DNA of 63,775 nt, filler included, from Octopus bimaculoides (Eukaryota), in assembly GCF_001194135.2 (NCBI RefSeq). It is 9 parts of 9 records of this genome, joined end to end, with 100 filler letters (N's around TTAATTAATTAA, not from the genome) between each part and the next. Parts side by side here need not be neighbours in the genome. Positions count along the whole stretch, not along the records: positions 12,634 to 19,794 come from NC_069006.1; positions 19,895 to 26,098 come from NC_068984.1; positions 26,199 to 31,695 come from NC_068985.1; 6 more parts are not named here. One strand, given 5' to 3'. Every line of letters begins with the position of its first letter. Within the stretch, counting starts at the first letter, position 1. The notes below the pieces were generated by a model. The model was not told the DNA's origin, did no database searches, and saw only the letters and a program-made list of their open reading frames with translations. Shown one piece after another: positions 13,752 to 26,265 of the stretch. Both the position numbers and the translations under genes were made by a program.

Positions 13752-14394
13752 AACAAACATATACCAGTTGCAGCACCATCATGTTGCCATGGGTTGGATG
13801 ATTTGACTGGAGCTGGTAAAGCCAGAAGCTACACTAGGCTCCACTGTCTGTTCTGACATGGTTTCTATGGGTGGATGCTCTTCCTAGTGCCAACCATTCC
13901 ACAGAGTGTATTGGGTGCTTTTCATGTGACACTCTACAGAGTGTACAAGGTGATTTTTTTATGTGTGTGCATATATATATTATGTATATGTGTGTGTGTG
14001 CCTCTGTGTGCATATGCATATGCACCAGAATATTTATATACATGTGTGAATGCATCTATACATGTACACACATATGTACATATACGAATAAAAAGAAACA
14101 AATTTGTTAAAAGTTTTTTTTTAGTTATCAAATATTGAGTCTATATTTGTGACAACAGCGATCAATACCTTACCTCTGTGACAACTTAGAGAACTGTATT
14201 TACTTACATGTGTCTGAGAGAGGGTGGGGGAGCTCCCGGCAGGTTTTTGCTATTTATCAAAAGTACAATAAACTACAATGTTACATGAGAACTAGAAAGA
14301 GAAGAAAAAGAAAAAGAGTTGAAATTCAAGGAAAGATTTTGTTTCATTGCTAAATAGTATGTTGTGTATTTTTATCTGTGGATAGAAATACTTG

Positions 14395-14426
<32 letters not shown>

Positions 14427-14522
14427 TGTATGTATGTATTTGAATGTATGTGTGTGTGTGCACACGTGAACACACACACACACACTCGCACGCATGTATA
14501 TATATACACAGGCGTGTGTGTG

Positions 14523-14563
<41 letters not shown>

Positions 14564-14577
14564 NNNNNNNNNNNNNN

Positions 14578-14657
<80 letters not shown>

Positions 14658-14899
14658 GAGGAGGAAGACAGACAGAGACAGAAGTACACTCAGACAGATA
14701 AAGATATGTATATACATACCGTACATACACTTATAAAATGAATTTGTGTATATATTAGAGGGAAAAGAGAGAGGGACAGGAAAGGAGAGAGAGAGGTGGG
14801 GGCATCAATGTATCATATTTAATGTAAATACATTATTGAAAGACAAACTTACTGCAATATTCATCCAGAGATAACATCTCTATCAGAAGTGCTTGCTTT

Positions 14900-15350
14900 G
14901 TCTAAAAACACAATATATATCAGAGATGAAAACAACTCCAGTAACAACCAACAAGAATGTCAGATGCATTTCAGCATCATCAGGCCTTGTCAATGTCATG
15001 TACTCACTACTAGCAACATGCTTAGGTGAGATTTATTGCCCTGAATACAGGAAGACAGAAAAATATTCACTAGCACTGAAAATAGCTTCCCAGCTGAATA
15101 AATATGTTATAGGCAATAGTATTTTCACTAGCCACTGATGAGATTGTGCAGGAACTTGGAAAAGTTTATTGATGAAGCCAATGAGAGGAAATGTGTGAAG
15201 TACCAGTAATGTATTATGAACATATAGAGGTGGACTGTAGAGGTTTTACAAGATACTTACACTGCAAAAGGTCTCAATGAAATAGACTATACAGGGGTGT
15301 GAAGAAGATGGCCTTTCAGTAAGGGGAAAAACTGCATACAATGCTGGCGG
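14900..15350 (+). mobile_element. Decayed RLE domain of a HERO/R2-superclade LINE
   Basis: FIDEANERKCVKYQ then, frameshifted, IEVDCRGF, matching the EAHERK..KY...IEVGCRGF pattern. Confidence 0.45.
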
Positions 15351-15625
15351 GGAGATGAATTGCTGTTATTTCTAGTGGTCAAGCATCTATCGTTGATGAA
15401 ACCAGGAAATGTCAAAATCATGTGATCTAGTCATCCCGGTGCTGGAGATGGCAGAGATTTATCTCCCCACTATCGATATAAACAAGAGTACATTTTCCAC
15501 CAAAAAGCCAATATGTGAGTTTCTCTTATGGTATCTACCACAGTATAGTTTGTTCTAACAGAACATCCACATTTAAGTGGGGATAAATATCACCACTTAA
15601 TATTAATACTGCCTCTCGTCGTCAT

Positions 15626-16200
15626 TGGCACTCCGTCGAGAGTTCCAGTTGATCCGATCAACGGAACAGCCTGCTCGTGAAATTAACATGCAAGTGGCTG
15701 AGCACTCCACAGACACGTGTACCCTTAACGTAGTTCTCGGGGATATTCAGTGTGACAAGGCTGACCCTTTGAATTACAGGCACAACAGAAACAGGAAGTA
15801 AGAGTGAGAGAAAGTTTTGGTGAAAGAATACAGCAGGGTTCATCACCATCCCCTNNNNNNNNNNAGTTGATCCGATCAACGGAACAGCCTGCTCGTGAAA
15901 TTAACATGCAAGTGGCTGAGCACTCCACAGACACGTGTACCCTTAACGTAGTTCTCGGGGATATTCAGTGTGACAAGGCTGACCCTTTGAATTACAGGCA
16001 CAACAGAAACAGGAAGTAAGAGTGAGAGAAAGTTTTGGTGAAAGAATACAGCAGGGTTCATCACCATCCCCTGCCGGAGCCTCGTGGAGCTTTTGGTGTT
16101 TTCGCTCAATAAACGCTCACAACGCCTGGTCTGGGAATCGAAACCGTGATCCTATGACCGCGAGTCTGCTGCCCTAACCATTGGGCCATTGCATCTCCAC
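15626..16200 (-). mobile_element. SINE family 1 copy, internal part duplicated across a 10-N gap
   Basis: Same consensus; 7-bp TSD AATACTG (15605, 16201). A partial relative lies at ~7920-8100. Confidence 0.85.
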
Positions 16201-16957
16201 AATACTGTTTCTGTAGCTAATATATATCTTCAACAAGGCTTTGGTTGGCCTGAGGTTATAGTTTAAGACACTTGCACAAGGTGCCACACAGTCAGACCGA
16301 ACCCAGAACCATGTACTTGGGAAGCGAGCTTCTTACCACACAGCCACACCTGTGCCTACATCTACACAGAAGTTATATATTCTGTCTGTTTACTCATATA
16401 TCTATAAAGGCACTATATATTCTGTTTGATCTTATATATCTATGTAGCTACAATGGACACAATATATTCGATCTGATAATCCAAGTCTATGGAGATAATA
16501 TATATTCTGCCTGTTTAAGTAGTTCTATAGAAATAATAGTTATTAAAATGTATATGTAATTCTCATTGCTTTTCATCCTTCTGGACTTAACACAATAACA
16601 TTCCAATGCAGTACTAGGTTGTTTCTTTTTAATGCATCCCCAATGTCACTGGAATTATAATATGAGACCAAACTACTATTTCATGATTTTGCTTGTATAA
16701 AAACCCTAGAAGAGCTCGATAGGTCAGGTAATACTTACCACACTATAGATCTAGTCTTTGATTTTCAATTAATTTTCAATATAATCCAGACCATGGAAAG
16801 GGTTTATTAAAATATCTCTACGAAACTTTATGTATGGGCATAGAAAATGTTGGTGGTGACAAACTAATACATACATAAACACTTGCCAGTCTGCAGGCCT
16901 CTGTGTGTGTGTGTGTGTGTGCGCGCGCGCGCGTGCATGTGTGTGTGTGTGTGTGTA

Positions 16958-17195
16958 TATAAGGCGGTGAGCTGGCAGAAACGTTAGCACGCTGGGCGAA
17001 ATGCTTAGCGGTATTTCGTCTGCCGCTACATTCTGAGTTCAAATTCCGCCGAGGTCAACATTGCCTTTCATCCTTTCAGGGTCGATTAAATAAGTACCAG
17101 TTACGCACTGGGATCGGTATAATCGACTTAATCCGTTTGTCTGTCCGTGTTTGTCCCCTCTGTGTGTAGCCCCATGTGGGTAGTAAAGAAATAAC
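16958..17195 (+). mobile_element. tRNA-derived SINE family 3, tail type A
   Basis: Head AAGGCGGTGAGCTGGCAGAAACGTTAGCAC..GAGTTCAAATTCC; central GCCTTTCATCCTTTCAGGGTCGATTAAATAAGTACCAG (MetaSINE-like domain, from recall); tail TTTGTCCCCTCTGTGTGTAGCCCC..AAAGAAATA. Confidence 0.9.
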
Positions 17196-17623
17196 ACACA
17201 CACACACATACATTTAANNNNNNNNNNTGTGTGTGTGTGTGTATATAAGGCGGTGAGCTGGCAGAAACGTTAGCACGCTGGGCGAAATGCTTAGCGGTAT
17301 TTCGTCTGCCGCTACATTCTGAGTTCAAATTCCGCCGAGGTCAACATTGCCTTTCATCCTTTCAGGGTCGATTAAATAAGTACCAGTTACGCACTGGGAT
17401 CGGTATAATCGACTTAATCCGTTTGTCTGTCCGTGTTTGTCCCCTCTGTGTGTAGCCCCATGTGGGTAGTAAAGAAATAACACACACACACACATACATT
17501 TAATACACATATTATTGCTTAGCGTGCCTCTCATTCATATATGTGTGTGTGTTTGTGTGTGTGTGAGTGTGTGTGTGTGTGTGTACGTATGTGTGTGTGT
17601 GAGTGTGTGTGTGTACGTATGTG

Positions 17624-17661
<38 letters not shown>

Positions 17662-18164
17662 TGCGCACCCACATTACAGTAACTACCTCCCCCCCACACA
17701 CACATGCACATACTGAACCAAGTTACCTCCCATCATGCACTATACCTGCTTCTTACCCCCTAGCTCCTGGCTGACTATCCAACCATGTCATCTCACTCTC
17801 TCTCTCTTGTCCTTCTCCCCTGTCAATCCTATCATCATTACTGTTCTATTACTTTCCCCTCACCCCCACTCTCTTCCCGCATCCCTCCATCTTTCCCCAG
17901 ACTCATGGCTCATTGTTCATCCACTCTTGAATCAACCCAAATTTTACACTCTTCCTCTCCATCCCTTCAGGTCTTGTTCTTCCCCCTTCCACCAAATGTG
18001 AGTAGCAAAGTAAATGTTTTACAACTGTGATTCTCAAGCATTTTTTTTTTTACCTATAGACCCCTTTGATTACTATTTTATTATGGTGGACTCCCAAAGC
18101 CATTGGATATTTAAAAACAAGTTTTGAAGATAATTCTTTCAAAATTCCTATTTTGTTTTTCACA

Positions 18165-18565
18165 CTCTTTTTACTCTTTTACTTGTTTCAGTCATTTGAC
18201 TGCGGCCATGCTTGAGCACCGCCTTTTAGTCGAGCAAATCGACCCCAGGCCTTATTCTTTGTAAGCCTAGTACTTATTCAATCGGTTCTCTTTTTGCCGA
18301 ACCGCTAAGTTACGGGGACGTAAACACACCAGCATCGGTTGTCAAGCGATGTTGGGGGGATAAACACAGACACTCAAACACACACATATATATATACATA
18401 TATACGACGGGCTTCTTTCAGTTGCCGTCTACCAAATCCACTCACAAGGCTTTGGTTGGCCTGAGGCTATAGTAGAAGACACCTGCCCAAGATGCCACAC
18501 TGTGGGACTGAACCTGGAACCATGTGGTTGGTAAGCAAGCTACTTACCACACAGCCCCTCCTGTA
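18165..18565 (-). mobile_element. SINE family 2 copy
   Basis: Matches 58538-58954. A second 3' half at 18645-18758 abuts the PLE RT. Confidence 0.9.
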
Positions 18566-18758
18566 CATTCACTACACAAACCCATAGGTTTGAAATTGCA
18601 CTCTCTGAGAGAAGATGTTGCAGTGGCTGCAAACATGTTCAGCTATTCTTTTACTCTTTTACTTGTTTCAGTCGTTTGACTGCGGCCATGCTGGAGCACC
18701 GCCTTTTATTCGAGCAAATTGACCCCAGGACTTATTCTTTGTAAGCCTAGTACTTATT

Positions 18759-19794
18759 CGAGGAGTTTGTCTATTCTGTCGTTCCAAAGTATAAAGCAAT
18801 CGTCCAAATACCTCTTCCAGTTCTCCTTTAAATCGCAATGAAAAGAGTTGCCATATTTTTGTAATGTTGAATGATATATTTTAAGTTCTAGGTAACCCAT
18901 TACAAGGTTCGCAATCACTGGCGCAGCTTGAGTTCCCATTGCAATTCCGCATTTTTGTCGATAGTAAACTGTATCGAACATGAAATAGTTGTTCAGTAGG
19001 ATGAATTTGAGTGCTGCAATTGTGAATCTGTGGTTGATGTGTCCTGGGATCTCTTGTGGGATCGCTAGCCAGAAGGAGATCGCTTCTATACCATAATTGT
19101 GTGGGATATTGGTGTACAAATTCACCACATCAAATGATACTAACAGGGTTCCTTCACTTATTGTCTTCGGTTGGTGGTTTAGCATATCTAAGTCATCCCT
19201 GATGAAGCTTCTCACATATTTTAGAAACGGTTTGAGCAAGATGTTGAGGAAGTTGCTCAAACGGTGGGTTTCACAATCAGGGCCAGCAATGATGGGTCTC
19301 AGTTTGAGGTCAGTAGGGGGAGGAATATTAATGCAGAGGCTTGGAGAAACTTTGTAAGCTTTACAAATATGTGGATTCTTGTGTATTTTGGGTAATCCAT
19401 AGAATAGACTAGGTCAGTATTTAAAATGGGATAAATAGTCAATTTCATGTTTAGTTAGACCCTTTCCATGTATTTGAAGTAAGGAAGATAAGTTTTTAAG
19501 AGTCTTCTGTGGGTTGTATTGTACTATCATCTCATAGTAAATATTATTTTCCAGCATGGAGAATATTAACTTTTTGTAGTACTCTGTGTCCATCACCACT
19601 ACAGCACTTCCTTTGTCGGCTTCTTTAATGGTGAGGTTTGAATCATTTTTTAAACTCAATTAGTTCTTTCCATTCGTTTACATTTAGGTTGGATTTAATT
19701 TGTTGTTTTTGTAGGGTATTAAAAGGAAAACTGGTAATGTGTTCACAAAAAGCATCAAGTGCTTTATTTCTGCCCTCTGTAGGACAGTATTCAC
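18759..19794 (-). mobile_element. Penelope-like element reverse transcriptase fragment (disrupted)
   Basis: IKEADKGSAVVVMD, FYGLPKIHK, LRPIIAGP, LLVSFDVVNLYTNIPH, CGIAMGTQAAPVIANLVMGYLE, WKRYLDDCF. One in-frame TGA at 19414-19416 and a frameshift near 19660; cut off by a gap. Confidence 0.9.
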
Positions 19795-19894
19795 NNNNNN
19801 NNNNNNNNNNNNNNNNNNNNNNNNNNNNNNNNNNNNNNTTAATTAATTAANNNNNNNNNNNNNNNNNNNNNNNNNNNNNNNNNNNNNNNNNNNN

Positions 19895-19944
<50 letters not shown>

Positions 19945-20110
19945 ATGTATGTACATGTGTGTATATATGTGTGTGTGTATATATGTATGTATACATATAT
20001 ATATATATATAACTATATATATGTATATGAGTGTGTATACCAGTCTGTAAGTTTGTGTGCGTATTTTCATTTTATGTGCATGGCATGTGTACGCTATTGT
20101 CTATGCATAT

Positions 20111-20400
20111 GCATTTTGCATGTGCAGCGTATGTATGCCTGTCCGTGTCTGCATACATACACATGCTATGCATGCGACATGTGTATGCTAGTGAGTATGT
20201 ATATGTTTCTATACGCATTTTGTGCATGCAGCTTATGAATGTCTGCCTGTGTCTGCATACATACGCATGTTGTGCATGCGACCTGTCTGTGTTAGTAAGT
20301 ATGTATGTGCGCCTGTTTATGCATTTTGTGCGTGCAGTGTATGTATGTCTTCCAGTGTCTGTGTGGATATGCATCTTGTGTGTACAGTGTGTAATATGTA
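20111..20400. repeat. ~105-bp minisatellite built from (TATG/TGCA) motifs, ~2.7 copies
   Basis: Unit starts GCATTTTG at 20111, 20215, 20321. Confidence 0.75.
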
Positions 20401-21860
20401 TGTGGCAGATAGAAAGGACAGAAGCTGTCTTCTGTATCCTTTTTGTGATCATACGTGCTATTATTATTCCATTATTCGAGGGCGGTAGGGTGACAGAATA
20501 GGTATAAGACCGTTTAAATTGCCTTCCAATATTTCATTACGGTCTTTTTACGTTCTGAGTTCAAATATTACTGATCTGGACTTTGAAGTTTGTAATTTCA
20601 GAAATACAGTTTAAATACTTCTTTATTTCCGTTCCATACTGAATGCTTATCAGGCAGTCCTTGGGCGGTTCCAGTAACATATCAATTCTTTTTTTTTTTT
20701 TTTTTTTTTTTGTTAGAAGAGGTTGCTAACCCCACGCTCAGCCCTCCTCCATTTCTGAGAGTGATCTCTCATAGCTGAACGTATCCGATTCTGAAAGAGA
20801 GAAACTTGGGAATAAAGAGAAGTAGAAAGATCAATCAAATTGACTACGTTTCACCAAAGTTGTGGCTTTTCACCACTGTATCAAATAATTATTTTCTTTT
20901 TCAGAAGTCAATCGCTTTGTACCAATGTTTTAAATCATTAATTCTTTATTCTGAAAGCAATTTCTGAAGTTGACAGAACACCGAACAAAATACCTTGTAG
21001 TATTTAGTTACCTCCTTTTACATTTATCCTTAGGTCAACTTTACTTTCATCTTTTAAGAGCAGATGTAAGCACAGTCCATTCACAAGATCGATTTTATTT
21101 CTCAAATTTACTACCTTAATAGATGACCTGTTCCCTCTGCTATAAATCGTTATTTCTTTAGTAACTGCAGTCCATTGCAAGCATTAACTTACCCTGTCTA
21201 TCTATGATTCAAAGGCATCGAGTAATATTGGTTGTAGTGAGCATGTTAACAATTATATATTTAAAAAGCAAATCTACTATCATAGAAGCCTGTTTGACCT
21301 CTACTTTCACTTTAGTACAGGGGAAGATTTAATCGACAGTACACTCCCACGAAATCTGTGACTGAAATCACCTTTGGTCTTCATCTTGTCACCTGTCAAA
21401 TACTGAGGTCAACTTAATCAACTATTTTCTCCCACAAAATTTGAGAAGTATTTAATTAGCGTTTTTTATTGAATTAACTTTGTCTTCTATGCTTCTGGCA
21501 GAGGAGTTGAAAAAGTAAATATTAGTTAATTATTTGGGAAAGTTCTATCGATTGAACTCATGTTGTTTAGCCCCAGCTCAACTTTGTTAGCGTCGAACTA
21601 TAACCAAAAATAGTGGTGGTGCATGGTTTAGTAGTTAGGGTGTTGGACTCATGACCCTAAGATTGTGGTTTCGATTCCTGGACCGGGTGATGCATTTGTG
21701 TTCTTTAGCAAAACACTTCATTTCAAGTTACTCTAGTCCATTCAGCAAGTCAAAAAAAAAAAGGGTAATCCTGCGACGGACCGGTCCAGGGAGGAAAATA
21801 CATGCGCCAGAGAAACCAGTTGTATGCTCCTTATGGAGTGATGTGGACTGTTGTTGTTGT

Positions 21861-22240
21861 TGGCACTCCGTCGCTTACGACGTCGAGGGTTCCAGTTGAT
21901 CCGATCAACGGAACAGCTTGCTCATGAAATTAACGTGCAAGTGGCTGAGCACTCCACAGACACGTGTACCCTTAACGTAGTTCTCGGGGATATTCAGCGT
22001 GACACAGTGTGACAAGGCTGACCCTTTAAATTACAGGCACAACAGAAACAGGAAGTAAGAGTGAGAGAAAGTCGTGGTGAAAGAGTACAGCAGGGTTCGC
22101 CACCATCCCCTGCCGGAGCCTCGTGCAGCATTTAGGTGTTTCCGCTCAATAAACACTCACAACGCCCGGTCTGGGAATCGAAACCGCAAACCTATGACCG
22201 CGAGTCCGCTGCCCTAACCACTGGGCCATTGCGCCTCCAC
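21861..22240 (-). mobile_element. Full-length tRNA-derived SINE family 1 with TSD
   Basis: Minus-strand head GGAGGCGCAATGGCCCAGTGGTTAGGGCAGCGGACTCGCGG..GGTTTGCGGTTTCGATTCC; 10-bp TSD GATGTGGACT (21840-21849, 22241-22250). Confidence 0.9.
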
Positions 22241-22419
22241 GATGTGGACTAACTATACACAAAGACATTCTGATCATGAGCATTCCTGACTTCTGGTGTA
22301 TGTGTCCTTCAGTATTTAAATTTGTGATTTGGAGACGATATGGATGCTACTCCTATAAAGTTGACTAACCTAGTGCAACCCCCGACCCCACTCCAACCCA
22401 CGTTGGTTCGTTGTTGTGG

Positions 22420-24030
22420 TGATTGAGGATTGGTGATGTAGCTATTGCAGTGGAATTGCTGCGGTAGTACTGTGTGTAGTGGGTAGTGGTAGTTTTAGCG
22501 TTAGTAGAGGCGGGTATGATATACAAGGTTATGCCAACGGCAGCGGTGATTGTCGTGGTTGTAGAAATGGTAATAATAGTGGCGGTGGTGGTGGTGGTGG
22601 GTTGTAGGAGTGGTAGTGATAGTAGTGGTGGTGGCGCCAGTGGCAGTAGAGACTGTTGTCGTGACCTCAGGAGTAATGGTAGTGCTGCTGCTGCTGATGA
22701 TGATAATACGGGTGATTGCGATAAGGTAGTAGTACCAGCGGTGGTAGCACCAGCCGCGACGGTGATAGGATGATCAGGAGGGTACTAATGATGGTATGAT
22801 GGCAGGAGGTGAGGTTGTGGTGGTGATGGTGGTGGTGGTGATGGTGGTGTTGGTGGTGTTGTTGTTGTTGGTGGTGGTGATGGTGGTGGTGNNNNNNNNN
22901 NNNNNNNNNNNNNNNNNNNNNNNNNNNNNNNNNNNNNNNNNNNNNNNNNNNNNNNNNNNNNNNNNNNNNNNNNNNNNNNNNNNNNNNNNNNNNNNNNNNN
23001 NNNNNNNNNNNNNNNNNNNNNNNNNNNNNNNNNNNNNNNNNNNNNNNNNNNNNNNNNNNNNNNNNNNNNNNNNNNNNNNNNNNNNNNNNNNNNNNNNNNN
23101 NNNNNNNNNNNNNNNNNNNNNNNNNNNNNNNNNNNNNNNNNNNNNNNNNNNNNNNNNNNNNNNNNNNNNNNNNNNNNNNNNNNNNNNNNNNNNNNNNNNN
23201 NNNNNNNNNNNNNNNNNNNNNNNNNNNNNNNNNNNNNNNNNNNNNNNNNNNNNNNNNNNNNNNNNNNNNNNNNNNNNNNNNNNNNNNNNNNNNNNNNNNN
23301 NNNNNNNNNNNNNNNNNNNNNNNNNNNNNNNNNNNNNNNNNNNNNNNNNNNNNNNNNNNNNNNNNNNNNNNNNNNNNNNNNNNNNNNNNNNNNNNNNTAA
23401 TAGATGCAATGGTGCTGGTTTCGGAAGTGAAACTCGTGCGGTGGTTTATTAGTGGTAGAAATGATTATAGTAGCAGAGATAGTTGTGACAATGACGATGT
23501 TGGCAGAGGTAGTGGTAGTGCCAGTGGTAGTGGTGGTGGTGGTGGTGGTGGTGGCGGCGGAGGTGGTAGCAATGACATCGCCAGCGGTGGGCGGTGGCGG
23601 AGTGATGGTGAATGACTGCGATGATGGGCGACAGCGGTCGGTAGTAGTGGTGATGGTGGTGGAGCGAAAGTAGCAGTAGCGGTGATGGTACTACTGCCGC
23701 AGATAATGAGGGTGGTGGTCGGGTGTTGGGGACACAGACGGTGACAGTGGGAATGATACAAGGTTGTAGGAGGTGACGGTGGTGGTGGCAGTAGTGGTGG
23801 TGATGATTGTGGTGGTGGTGGTGGCGGTGGTGGTGGCTGTGGTGGTGAGAGTGGTGGTAGTTGGGTGGTGATGATGATGATAATAATCATAATAATAATG
23901 ATGACGATGATGATGAAGCTGGTGTTTCGATGCTGATGGAGCCGATGGTGACGGCACAGTTTTGGAAGTAGTAGTGGTGGTGGTAGTGAGGGCGGTGGCA
24001 GCGGTAGTGATGATGTTGGTTGTGGTGGTT
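22420..24030. repeat. Compound (GGT/GAT/TAG)n low-complexity tract
   Basis: Mixed trinucleotide repeats. Similar tracts at 5180-5730, 8400-8690, 10800-11570, 25300-25650, 41070-41330, 49860-50080. Confidence 0.9.
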
Positions 24031-26198
24031 AGTATATCATTGACGGTGGCGCTCTCTGGCTAGAGACGGAGAGATAGAAAGAGATAAAAAGAGAGTGAAA
24101 GAGAAAAAAAGAGAGCGAGTAAGAGAGACAGAGAGAGACAGTCGGAGAAAAAGAGAGAGAGAGAGGTACGGTGGAGGGGGCTAAGTGGGGGGAAAGGGTT
24201 AGGTTGAAGGTGAAAGTGAAAGTCTGGTGGTAGAGCGAGTGTTGAAAGCTGTGTGACAGACAGAACCAATGACAGAGCAACTAGGAATCAGTTTTCGCCT
24301 GCAAAGAAACCCACCTACCCAGCCCTTACCCCGCTGCACGTGCCAGCCTATAGACCTGTGATTAGCACCATTCTCTAGACCCTGACTAAGCTATCATAAT
24401 CAACGCTTCGGCTCTAGTTACGCCAGTCGCATTGCCAGGTACTTTTATATGTATATTTTTGCATCCCACCCTTATTATTTTTTTCTTTCGCTTCTTGTAT
24501 TTTTTAAAATTATTTTTTGTTATATTTTTTGTTCTTGTTTTATATCATTTTTTTTTATATCAGGAGCATCCTCACACGTGATCACCATTAAAAATCGAAC
24601 TGTTTTTTTATGTTTTTTAATGTTTTTGTCTGCGCTAAATTTTTTTATCTTTTTTTTATACTATTTTTTAATTATATTTAGTAAAATATATTTTGTATAT
24701 ATTTATATACACATATTATTTTTGAATTTATTTTTTCATTTATTTATTTATTTATTTATTCGGAAGGTTAAGGCGCAATAAACAGTAAATATATAAACAT
24801 AAACGAATTGAAACAAAGCTGAAGCTAAAATATAATAATAATAATGATAATAATAATAATAATAATAATAATAATGGGTTTTAATTTAGGCACAAGGCCA
24901 GAAATTTGGAGCAACGGGTCTAACAATAATAATAACAAAAACAACAACAATAACTAAAATCAAAGAAAAAAATACTAGATAAATATAATTGATAAAAGTT
25001 GATATTAAAAAACAAAATAGAAATTTAAAAGATACCAAACTGGGATGTTAATGCCGTTAGTGAAGTTGGGGATTCAAGGAGAAAGAGATCCAGACAGGCA
25101 CACGGTGTATGAGACAAACGGGGTAGGGGTAGGGGTAGGGAAGACAGTCAGACAGAGACAGAGAGACATATGTAGACACAAAGATATTGAGAGAAACAGC
25201 GGTGTGAGAAAGACAAGTAGAACTGGACAGATAGCGAGACGATAAGNNNNNNNNNNGAGAGAGAGAGAGAGAGCGAGACAAATAGACAAAGTGGAGTTGG
25301 TGTTACTATTAAGTAATGAAATGAAAGGCGCTCATGATGATAATAGTGAGGGGATTGATGAAGACGACGACGATGACGACAATGATGATGGTGATAATGA
25401 AAATGAGGTGAAGAAGAAGAAGAAGTAGAAGAAGAAGAAGAAGAAGAAGACGAAAAGAGAGGGAAAGAATAATTATGATGTTGATGAATGGTGATGTGGT
25501 AATAGCAAAATCAAAAGTGATAGGTGGTGGGGGTTGTGTTGTTGGTGGTGATGATAATGAGGGAGAAGAAGAAGAAGAAGAAGAAGAAGGAGAGGAGGAG
25601 GAGGAGGAGGAGGAGGAGGTGGAGGAAGAGGAGATGAATTGTGATAACATCGCTTTATTTACCAGCTCGTAACGTAATCACGTAACGTAAACATCTTAGA
25701 CCTGATCTTTTCCTATATAACAGAACTAGAATTGAATATCAGAAAGAAAGAAATCTTCTCTGGTTTCTCAAACTTACAATGTTACTATTAGGAGAAAGTT
25801 CTAGAATTCAAAACCACAATACCTGCAATTTCCCCCTCGGAAATTGATCTCCGTTCAACAGACTTGAAGACAATTCGAGCTAAACTATGAGAAACCAGTT
25901 GGTCCAGTAGTTCTGGGAAAGAAATACGGACTCCTGTTCATAGAGATACTCAAACGGGTTAGAAATAACAACCAAATCTCCCATCAACTCACTCTATTAT
26001 CTTCAAAAAGAACGCTTTCGATAATATAATATCAAAAAAAAAAAGAAAGAAAAAAAAAGAAAAAAGACAGAGTAGTAATAATTGAAATACTTTAGATCNN
26101 NNNNNNNNNNNNNNNNNNNNNNNNNNNNNNNNNNNNNNNNNNTTAATTAATTAANNNNNNNNNNNNNNNNNNNNNNNNNNNNNNNNNNNNNNNNNNNN

Positions 26199-26265
<67 letters not shown>

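Noticed and set aside
14160-14240. Apparent 6-nt microexon (CTCTCAG-ACACAT-GTAAGT, minus strand)
   Set aside because: No flanking exons or gene support it, and such motifs arise by chance in 64 kb.
75-14741. Many ORFs of poly-IY, poly-N/I, poly-SL, poly-T/H/P or X
   Set aside because: These are translations of microsatellites and N gaps with no coding signal, and many rely on bacterial TTG/GTG starts.
16910-17500. Exact tandem duplication of a SINE plus flanks
   Set aside because: The copies are identical on either side of a 10-N gap, typical of an unmerged contig overlap. The same pattern occurs at 15650-16080 and 44081-44126.
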